A stretch of 64,000 nucleotides of DNA. Origin: Eledone cirrhosa (lineage: Eukaryota). A program made the position numbers and the translations under genes. The stretch lies in the NCBI GenBank assembly GCA_964016885.1, contig OZ024753.1:37076001-37140000 (forward strand), read 5' to 3'. Positions 53,484 to 64,000 of this stretch are shown piece after piece (the stretch's first letter is position 1; every line of letters begins with the position of its first letter). Below the pieces are notes generated by a model, which saw nothing but the letters and a program-made list of their open reading frames with translations, did not search any database and was not told where the DNA came from.

Positions 53484-53712
53484 TCTCTATATATATATAT
53501 ATTACTGTCCCTGGTACGATTTTGAACACAGAACTGTGACGCACTGAAGAAGTTCATTCATATGGTAGAGATGGTAAATTTGGTTTTCTATCCTCTCTAT
53601 CTTTCTAAATTGTGACAGGCAAAGCGGGATACTGTAACAGAAGTAAGAACGAACGATGGAGGAAACAGGAAAATGTGTGTGTGCGTGTATGGGTGTGTGT
53701 GGGTGTGTGTGG

Positions 53713-53751
<39 letters not shown>

Positions 53752-53896
53752 GTCGGTGGGTGAATGAGAGAGAGGTAGATGGGAGAAGGAGGAGTGTTAA
53801 AACTAGTTCGTCTTAAAGGGGCCTCAGTCTTGTTCCTATATAGACCAGCAGTCCGGCACACACTCACCACACACATCTTATTCTTATCAGGAATAT

Positions 53897-53942
<46 letters not shown>

Positions 53943-53965
53943 ATATAAAGATATATATATTTATA

Positions 53966-54023
<58 letters not shown>

Positions 54024-54043
54024 AATATATATATCTATATATG

Positions 54044-54076
<33 letters not shown>

Positions 54077-54337
54077 TATCATCATTGTACGCCCGCTTTT
54101 CCCTGCTTGTGTGTGTGTGCATGTATGTATGTATGTGTGTGAGTGTATGTATATATGTGTGTGTACGTATGTATATGTGTGTATGTATGTGTATATGTGT
54201 GTGTGTATGTATATATATGTGTGTGTGTGTGTACGTATGTATGTGTGCACGATAACTCGTGTGCCTTGTTATTTTCAATCCTTATCCAGCTATCAATTTA
54301 AGGAAACACGCACACACACACACAGAGGGGTACCCAT

Positions 54338-54378
<41 letters not shown>

Positions 54379-55099
54379 CACACATACATATACACACAGA
54401 CGCATGCATATACACAACCTTTTAGTGTTATGTTAAATAAAAGCCTTCAATTCAGGTTTACTATATAACTGATTAAGAAGTCATGGGTTCTATCCTATTG
54501 GGTGGAATCTTAGGCAAGTGTCATTTACTATAGACTCTCTTCAGGCTTTATGAGTGAAATTTGGTGGACGGAAACTGTGTGGATGCCTGTCCAATTGACT
54601 GTATCTATAATTCAAAAAGACCAGCCATGTCATATTGTTACATATTGTTACATATTCTGAGAATTAATTACGTTTAGCGTACACGTGTTAGTGGAATGCC
54701 TAGCCACTTGAACGCTTATATCACGAGCTGGTTGTTCAGTTTATCGAAGCCCGTTTATGGAAGTCAACAGAGGAAACTAACGTCGAAACCGACGGAGGTC
54801 CACCACATCCCATCCTATTCCAATTTGTCAACAAGGGAGAGATGAAATACATAGTCTCATGACGATTCCGCCCAGGTAAAAATGTCTGTAGAATACTCAA
54901 CCACTTTCACATTAATCCACAAGTCAGGTGTTCAGTTGAAAGAACGACTGACTGAATGCTCATCGTCAGAGCCGACGGAGGATCATTTATGTAATGTTGA
55001 AGAACTAATGAACTTATTAAAGCATATTCCTCAGTGCTGGCCTTTGTTAGGTAACGATGAATTAATCAGCATTCGTAGTTAATGTTTCTTTTTAATGTC

Positions 55100-55335
55100 T
55101 AAAGTCTGTCTCGAGTCTGGAGGTTCATCAGATCAGTGCTTATCCTGGTTTCAGTGGCGTGAAGCGACTGAGAGTACAATACTTCCCCCTGGACAGGACG
55201 CCAGTCCATTGCAGGGTTAAACTCCCAGCTATTGCTGGTACTCATTTTCAGCTGAATATACTGGAGCAACGTGAAAAGAAATATTTTGCCCAAGAACACA
55301 ACTCACAACCTAGTCTAGGAATCGAACCCACGATA
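55100..55335 (-). mobile_element. tRNA-SINE with B-type head and a different body
   Basis: ggaatcgaaccc B box (reverse), gagcaacgtgaaa..gcccaagaacacaac CORE-like motif, distinct body ctggacaggacgccagtcc. Confidence 0.6.
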
Positions 55336-55735
55336 TTATGTTAATTTACGAGTCGGGTATTCATTGGTGATCGAACTGTCAAAACGGTATCACATATTCT
55401 ACATTAGTTCAATACGTTTCCGGCAGTATTTAGTCTGTACGTGTACACATATGAGTAAGTGTGTGTGTGTGTGTGTGTGAGTGTGTGTGAGTGTGTGTGG
55501 GTGTGTATGTGTGAGTGTGGGTGTGTGTGAATATGTAGGTGTGTGGGGTGAGTGTGTGGGTGTATGTATGTGTTGGGGGAGGTTGCTAGTTTTGTTCCTT
55601 ATGCATTTATGCATATGTATATGTATGTGTATATTGTGTGTGAGTGGAGGGGGGCGGGTGATTTTATTCCATATGTGTGCATTTATGTATACGTGTGGGG
55701 CCTAATCTTGCTCTGCATGTGTGTGTATTAGAGTA

Positions 55736-55767
<32 letters not shown>

Positions 55768-55869
55768 TGTGTGTGTGTGTCTGTGTGTGTGTATGTGTGT
55801 GTGTATGTGTGTGTGTGTGTGTCTATGTGTGTGTGTATCCGTGTCTGTGTGTGTATGTCTATGTGTCTA

Positions 55870-56545
55870 TGTTTGTATAGGCTGTCTATATGTATGTATA
55901 TGGCTGTGTATATGTGTGTATATGGCTGTGTATATGTGTATCTATGGCTATGTGTATATGTGTGTATATGGCTGTGTATATGTATGTGTATATGGCTGTG
56001 TATATGTATGTATATGACTGTGTATATGTGTGTATATGACTGTGTATATGTATGTGTATGACTGTGTATATGTATGTATATGGCTGTGTATATGTGTGTA
56101 TATGACTGTGTATATGTGTGTAAATGGCTGTGTATATGTGTATCTATGGCTGTGTATATGTATGTATATGACTGTGTATATGTGTGTAAATGGCTGTGTA
56201 TATGGCTGTATATGTGTATGTATATGGCTGTGTATATGTATGTATATGACTGTATATATGTATGTATATGACTGTATATGTATGTATATGGCTGTGTATA
56301 TGTATGTATATGGGTGTATGTATATGTGTGTATATGACTGTGTATATGACTGTATGTATATGGCTGTGTATATGGCTGTGTATATGTATGTATATGGGTG
56401 TATGTATATGTGTGTATATGACTGTATGTATATGACTGTGTATATGACTGTATGTATATGGCTGTGTATATGGCTGTGTATATGTATGTGTATGGGTGTA
56501 TGTATATGTGTGTATATGACTGTATGTATATGACTGTGTATATGT
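55870..56545. repeat. Degenerate tatg(g/a)ctgtgtatatg minisatellite
   Basis: Seen directly. Confidence 0.85.
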
Positions 56546-56737
56546 CCTATTTTGCTTCTCAATCCGCCGCCACTACAAGATGCTATGTCAAACATAACAA
56601 ACAGTTGAAGCTCTCTTAACATACAGCTAATACACACATCTATTATATCACTCACACGTGTTATCCGGTCTTTCAACGTTTTAAATATTTTGATTGACAC
56701 TCACAGGCGAACGTGCACAAATACCTAGCTGCATTTC

Positions 56738-56780
<43 letters not shown>

Positions 56781-57132
56781 GTGTGTGTTATACATATATA
56801 TGTATATGTGTGCGTGTGTGTGTGTATATATATATATACATATGTGTGTGTGTGTGTGTGTATATATATTTGTGGGTGTGTGCGAATGTATGTGCGCTTG
56901 TGTGGGAGGATGTTTGTATGTATGTTTGTGTTTGTGTGTGTCTGTGTCTGTGTGTGTGTGTATGTGTGTGTGTGTGCTGGGGCGTGATTTATCACATTCG
57001 TTGTATGATATTAAAAAAAAAAAAAGAACTTCAGACAGTTTAACAGATTTTTTTGAAAATGAAAAATTACATCTCATAAAACATATTTGACAGAAACGCG
57101 CGCGTGCACACACACACTCTCTCTCACACACA

Positions 57133-57215
<83 letters not shown>

Positions 57216-57335
57216 ATACTGTGTCCAGAGAAGCAAATGCATACACACATATGCATGCCTCTCTCTCTCTCCACACACACAGACACACATTTTTTTTATT
57301 TCAATTTAAATAGCATATTGCATCTTGTGTTTGCA

Positions 57336-57389
<54 letters not shown>

Positions 57390-57396
57390 TATATAT

Positions 57397-57632
57397 AGGA
57401 AAGGAGTCAAGACCCCGACGGCTGAGCTCCGGCCGTTTCGACCGCTAGATCCGAACGGATATAGGAAAGATCAGCAAAAAGATTCTGGATCGCGTTCGGT
57501 TCTAGTTGTCGAAACGGCCGGAGCTCAGCCGTCGGGGTCTTGACTCTTTTCCTATTACTCACTCTCCTACCCTAGGTATCGAGTACTCTGGTGCGTTATG
57601 GTCCACCTGGTTCCTTACCACACTTTCTTTGT
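57397..57632 (+). mobile_element. Family H2 fold-back element (diverged subfamily)
   Basis: Arms ~57397-57457 and 57494-57553; GAAA-cggc-cggagctca-gccg-TC-gggg; same tail. Further fragments at 60928-60985 and 61052-61145. Confidence 0.65.
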
Positions 57633-58139
57633 TATATATACATATATATATATATACACACACAAAATAGGGACCGCACAGGACAAACCCAATGTAAAAA
57701 AAAACGTAAAGACGGACAGTCCCATTTTCTCAGAGTTTATGTGCGTATACATACATACATACACATGTGTGTAAATGTATGTATGTATGTGTGAGTGCGT
57801 GTTTGTGTATGTGCTTACGTGTGTCTATGTGTGTGTGTGCGTGTGTGTCTCCTTGAATTGCATGGGTTTAAACATTAGAGAACATTAAGCTGCCATAATT
57901 TCAGCTCAGTTGAATCCGAACATAATGAGACCCACACCATGTTGTAATAAACACCTCAACATTTCAACATACATACACACATATCTACATATATATACAT
58001 ACACACCTATCTACATACGCACATACATATATGCATACATACATATCTACATACATATATATATATACACACATACACATATACATACACACATATATAT
58101 CTACACATATATATATATCTTCATACACACAAACATATC

Positions 58140-58175
<36 letters not shown>

Positions 58176-58749
58176 CGTACATACATTCACACAAACATAC
58201 ATTCACGCAAACACATACATACATACATAATACATAAATATATACATACATACACATACATACATACACATACATACACACATATCTACATGCATACATA
58301 CACAGATACATACACACATACATACATACATACATACATACACACATACATATACATATATATACATATACATACATGCCTATTTAGACACCCAACTATA
58401 CATCTTTTTCTCCAATATCTGCTCTACAGATGTGCCAAAAACAAAACGACAAAAAACCCTCCTCCAAACAACAACAACAACAACAACAGCAGCAACAACA
58501 ACTAGGCAAATGCAATATACTGCCGATAAAACCTTTCTTATTTTTACTTTTTATTTTCTATTTTATCCGCAGCTTACTAACATCAACAATAACACGTGTG
58601 GCTGGATGTAAGCAGATGTTACAGAACAATGTAACTAGCTAGCTAGAGCTGGCAAATATGAAAAAAAAAAGTCTGTTTGTCGTGGGTGGATATGGGTCTT
58701 TTTATGGGGGTGGAGAAAAGGTTTTTTTTTTTTTTTTTTTTTTTGCAAA

Positions 58750-59158
58750 TCAAGAAACGGATTGGCCATATGGGGGCATTTGGACAAAGCCCGGTGGGTC
58801 GCAGGGTTGGGTAATAAAGAAAAGAAAGAGAAAACAGCTGATAATAAATGTTACGTAGAAGTGAGATCACTCACAATCGCTGCACAACAACATTTGTAGC
58901 GAAAATAGAACGCGCCTTAACTGAGTAGTGAAAACATGCATCTGGTCCTTAGCAGTCAGCAGTCTGTTTATATCACTCGATGTCCGGACCGGTTTTAAGA
59001 CCGGCTCTGCTTCTGCGCATTACCCTTCTCCGACAGATGTCACTTCTCGTCTGCTTCTACGAACAGGTTTTATTAACCAGCTAAATCAGAGTTCTCAAAC
59101 TTTCTCCTCTTTCATTCAAATATAATTTTTCTACAAACCATTTCACTCCCAGGTGAGA
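58750..59158 (+). promoter_or_regulatory. Candidate promoter plus 5'UTR first exon ending in CAG|GTGAGA
   Basis: Non-repetitive, relatively CpG-rich stretch with an inverted CCAAT box (gattggcc ~58760) and a donor GT at 59153. Confidence 0.3.
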
Positions 59159-60873
59159 ATATCAATCAACCAAGAGAGAGGGAGAGATGTTTATATTTAG
59201 AGAAGGATGGATACATAATAGCACGTGTATATTATGTTTTTATAATAGTACATGAAATTGTGAACTTTGATCACGGACCCTCAGTACAGCCTCTATTAGA
59301 ATCTGGTAATCCACGGATCATAGGCTAGGAGCCACTGAGCTAGGTAGACGTATCATTTTACTATTAAATACGAAAGCGATTTGGTTAACACTTACGCATC
59401 ATAGGAATTAAACTTACCACGACATAGGAATTAAAGGGTTCAGTATAAAAAAAAAAAACCCTCACAACTTTATACATAAATGAAATACCCCCAAAACATA
59501 AATTCTACAGAATCGGCAGAAGGCATTACGGTGTAATGTGTCGCCATGTTTGATTTTATCTTTCTTCCTTCCGGCGTTGATAAATACCAGTCACTAGTCA
59601 AGTACTGGATCTCGATTAGATCGGCTAAATCCCTTTCCCTAAATGTGTGGTCCCGTGTCATGTTAGAAAAATATCCCTTATCTGACAGGGAGGAAAATCA
59701 ACCTGTTAGAAATAGCAGTCAAGTTTCACTCAATTCATACAAAACGCACAAATAAGAAGCATTGTAGAGTACACAATACAGTAAATTTTATTTCACTCGT
59801 ATTGGAAAAAAATACTATTACACCTGTCTTCAAAGTAGAAGAAAAAGAAGGTGCACGAACCAGACCCCTGAAACTGCAATATGATGAGGAAACCACTCGT
59901 CTTGGAGAAGGGTGTAATAGTATTTTTTTATTTTTTTTATTTAAGGGTAGTTATATTTTTCCTTTGATTTTTGATGTGGTTTAGACTAATGGGGTCTTCA
60001 AAATCATCGTAAATTCCTAAATTACTCGTTTTATGTAGTTCCACTAACCAAGAACTATATTATTCTCGTCCCATACTCTAAGAAGAGATGATTACTGTTA
60101 GAAAACCTCTGATCATGTGTCTCCCCAATCAGAGTTTCTAACAGCAACAATAACAACAGAACATGTGGGTGTATATACATGTGGCTATATGTATGTGGCT
60201 ATGTGTATGTGGCTATATGTATGTGCGTGTGGCTATAAGTATGTGTATGTAGCTATATGTATATGTGTGTGTGACTATAAGTATGTGTGTGTGGCTATAA
60301 GTATGTGTGTGTGGCTATAAATATGTGTGTGTGTAGATAGATAAATGGATAGATAGATAGATTTGAATAAAAAATTAAGGTTTGGTTTCGATATGACTGA
60401 AACCAGTAAAAGAATAAAATATTGGTTTCTGATATAATGACACCTGTGTGTGAGTGAGAGTAGATTCTTGAGTGAGGTTTGTAAGTGTGAGTGAATGCGA
60501 AAGTAAACATGGTTCTTAGTTGTGGGAGCTGAAATATGTTTTATAAATATATTATTACAACCGCTTAGTGAAGGCCACGTGACTTTTCTGCTTACGTCTG
60601 CAAGGTCAGGAGTTCAATTATCAACGGTACGTTGTGTCCTTGAACAAGACATTTCATTTCACGTTGTTGCTGTCCACTCAGCTGGAAAGAATGAGTTGTG
60701 CCTATATTTCACAAAGGGTCCAGCTTTGTAACACGAATCTCCCTGAGAACTAACTACGTGAATGATGGCGAACATTGTGGTGATTATTACTTAGTGTAGT
60801 GGTACTTAACATTTTTGTTGGCCCCATTGCTTTACAATAACATCTCAATAAATATGACGCCCCCTTTCTCTCT

Positions 60874-60929
<56 letters not shown>

Positions 60930-61316
60930 AGTCGAGGCCCGACAGCCGAGCTCTTGCCGTTTCAGTTGTTAGTTCCGAACTTATTCTATCCTGATTCATA
61001 TATTGTCCTGTAGAAGCCAATGCTATATAAAAGAATGATATATATATATATAAAGAGGGTGTGGTAAGATACCAGGTGGACCATGATGCATCAGAGTACT
61101 CAATACTTAGGGCTCCGGCCGTTTCGACAGCTAGATCTGAACTTCAATGTAAAACTTAAATAATTATATATATATATATATATATAATTTGTCATATATA
61201 TATAGTTTGTCATGTTAGTACTTATGGTATATAAATATTGAGTTTTGTTGTAATTAATCACTGCCAAGACTGGAATTGAGCCATCAGCACAGTTGAGGTA
61301 TGTCACACATCAATTT

Positions 61317-61388
61317 ATATATTTTATCTGATGAGGACGTACTGAAAAAACAGCACAGTACCTTCGAAATATATATAATAAAATATAT
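61317..61388 (+). ncRNA. Type I hammerhead ribozyme (family H3)
   Basis: atatattttat-CTGATGA-ggacgtactg..cagtaccttc-GAAA-tatata-TA-ataaaatatat: 11-bp helix I, 10-bp helix II with one mismatch and one G-U, palindromic helix III, AUA triplet. Confidence 0.8.
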
Positions 61389-61447
61389 TTTGATTACATT
61401 GAATGACTATATTTATTAATATTTTGAATTAATATATATATATATAT

Positions 61448-61628
61448 ATACAAGTTAATATAAATTAATATATGATAAACACATAAGTGTTTGTATTGTA
61501 AAAGACGAAGTTAGCTAGAATGAAATAAACTAATCCAAATGAATATAGTTTGCCTGTCTCGATAACTTCGTCTTTTACAATACAAACACTTATGTGTTTA
61601 TCATATATTAATTTATATTAACTTGTAT
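61448..61628. repeat. Perfect ~66-bp inverted repeat beside (TA)n
   Basis: 61448-61513 is the reverse complement of 61563-61628. Confidence 0.85.
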
Positions 61629-62052
61629 TTCACGGCTCAGAAATGCTTCTTTCTTTGAGCTAATTAATTGTAAAGGACTGTTTGAGTTTATAACTCTAAA
61701 TATAATATTATATATATAAATATAAATTAGCGAGAATCGTATTTCGGCTTTGGAATTAGCGAAAAACAACTTCCGAGATGTGTGGCAAGCGCTCAATAAT
61801 TCTGACGAACCAGAGCTACAACATACGTTAAAAGGCCAAACACACTGAGACGATGGTTAAACCGTCATCCGCACAACCATAGAAACGACCAAGTAATTCG
61901 GGTCAAACAAATAAAAAAATATGTGATTGAAAAATATGTGATTATATATATAATTATTTCAAGTTTTACATCGAAATTGTCGTTGCATCCCTTGCTACAG
62001 AAGTCTGATTGACTGAGGTGGTCCCTATACAATCAATGATGAGAGAAAGGAA

Positions 62053-62135
62053 TCAACTCCTCCCTCCATCAAGTGAACTCATTAAGATATTCGAAGGAAA
62101 CATCATCAATAATATATAGACTCGGTGTATGTCAG
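62053..62135 (-). CDS. Tentative second exon of the signal-peptide gene (ADIHRVYILLMMFPSNILMSSLDGGRS*)
   Basis: Pyrimidine-rich acceptor ttttttcctttcgtattcattgttgtag ending at 62136. Of the three frames, phase 1 runs longest, but it reaches TGA after 27 codons. Confidence 0.25.
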
Positions 62136-62454
62136 CTACAACAATGAATACGAAAGGAAAAAACAATTGTATGTGTCTGTGTGACTGTTTGGTGTTTAAA
62201 AAATATGTAAACTTCAAAAAGTATTACTCTAAGAGAGATAGATAGGTAGATAGATAGAGAGTAGATAGATAGAGAGTAGATAGATATGTATTTAGAGAAG
62301 AATAAAATTGGAGAGAGAGACAGAGAATCACTGAGAGATAGATAGAGAGAGAGAGAACAGAGAGATAGATAAATGGAGGTAGAGAGACAGAGAATCACTG
62401 AGAGATAGATAGAAAGAAATGGAGATAGAGAGAGAGAGAGAGAGATAAAGAGGG

Positions 62455-63500
62455 AACAGAGAGATAGATAAATGGAGGTAGAGAGACAGAGAGTTAGATA
62501 AATGGAAGTAGAGAGATAGAGAGTTAGATAAATGGAGGTAGAGAGATAGAGAGTTAGATAAATGGAAGTAGAGAGATAGAGAGTTAGATAAATGGAGGTA
62601 GAGAGACAGAGAGTTAGATAAATGGAAGTAGAGAGACAGAGAGTTAGATAAATGGAGGTAGAGAGATAGAGAGTTAGATAAATGGAAGTAGAGAGATAGA
62701 GAGTTAGATAAATGGAAGTAGAGAGACAGAGAGTTAGATAAATGGAAGTAGAGAGATAGAGAGTTAGATAAATGGAAGTAGAGAGAAAGAGAGTTAGATA
62801 AATGGAAGTAGAGAGATAGAGAGTTAGATAAATGGAAGTAGAGAGATAGAGAGTTAGATAAATGGAAGTAGAGAGAAAGAGAGTTAGATAAATGGAAGTA
62901 GAGAGATAGAGAGTTAGATAAATGGAGGTAGAGAGATAGAGAGTTAGATAAATGGAGGTAGAGAGATAGAGAGTTAGATAAATGGAAGTAGAGAGATAGA
63001 GAGTTAGATAAATGGAAGTAGAGAGATAGAGAGTTAGATAAATGGAAATAGAGAGATAGAGAGTTAGATAAATGGAAGTAGAGAGATAGAGAGTTAGATA
63101 AATGGAAGTAGAGAGATAGAGAGTTAGATAAATGGAGGTAGAGAGATAGAGAGTTAGATAAATGGAGGTAGAGAGACAGAGAGTTAGATAAATGGAAGTA
63201 GAGAGATAGAGAGTTAGATAAATGGAAGTAGAGAGATAGAGAGTTAGATAAATGGAAATAGAGAGATAGAGAGTTAGATAAATGGAAGTAGAGAGATAGA
63301 GAGTTAGATAAATGGAAGTAGAGAGATAGAGAGTTAGATAAATGGAGGTAGAGAGATAGAGAGTTAGATAAATGGAAGTAGAGAGACAGAGAGTTAGATA
63401 AATGGAAGTAGAGAGACAGAGAGTTAGATAAATGGAAGTAGAGAGAAAGAGAGTTAGATAAATGAAGTTAAAGAGAAGGAGAGTTAGATAAATGAAGAAA
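62455..63500. repeat. 30-bp purine-rich minisatellite, ~34 copies
   Basis: Unit gagagatagagagttagataaatggaagta. Confidence 0.95.
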
Positions 63501-63528
63501 TAAATATGAAAAAATAATATTTACTTAC

Positions 63529-63589
63529 CCAGTATGACAGGAGTAATCAATAGTAAAATGAATTCAATCAAATGTGAAAATAATCCCAT
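63529..63589 (-). CDS. Candidate first coding exon of a secreted or membrane protein (signal peptide MGLFSHLIEFILLLITPVIL|G)
   Basis: Minus strand reads caaaATGG (good Kozak), then 20 mostly hydrophobic codons plus 1 nt, then a consensus donor G|GTAAGT. A phase-1 intron after a signal peptide is a common architecture. No homology evidence. Confidence 0.55.
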
Positions 63590-64000
63590 TTTGGTTTGTG
63601 GAAACAGAAGCAAAAATAAAAATATGATGAATCAAAAGATTAATTGAAATTGTGTTCCGTCAAAAATTTTTTTTTTAATATACTAATATATATATATATG
63701 TATATATATATATGTATGTGTGTATGTGTAGAGGTATGTATGTAACTTTTCTTCCAACTTTATATAGATAGATGTAGATATATATATATATATAAAGTAT
63801 GTATGTATATGCACGAGTGTGTGTGTAATGTATGAAGATTTTCGCTGTTTTTTCAACAGTATAACGATATTTGTTTAATCCAGCTGAAGATCTATCTGTA
63901 TATATATATGTGTGTGTATGTGTGTATATATATATAATTATTGAATTTTTTTTTTTAGAAGCGTGGAGTTAAAGTAAAAGAAATTTTTTTTTTTTCAAAT

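Overview
Eukaryotic, AT-rich, microsatellite-saturated non-coding DNA (intronic/intergenic). The SINE families and (TA)n/(CA)n density suggest a cephalopod, probably Octopus; this is an inference. Almost all ORFs in the supplied track are translations of simple repeats. The best host protein-coding candidate is a minus-strand start exon encoding a signal peptide (63589-63529). There are also a few candidate non-coding exons. The window is dominated by two tRNA-derived SINE groups (some with clear TSDs), RTE-type LINE 3' fragments, Tc1/mariner, pogo/Tc2 and hAT-type MITEs, and several minisatellites (30, 43, 45 and 123 bp units). The most notable signal is a dense population of type I hammerhead-ribozyme (HHR) motifs from at least four families. 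They sit in short Penelope-like/retrozyme-like elements in or beside (TA)n tracts. They include a 467-nt-period tandem HHR dimer (34591-35448) and repeated fold-back inversions that break at the ribozyme core or helix II. All folds were read by eye, and no catalytic activity is demonstrated.
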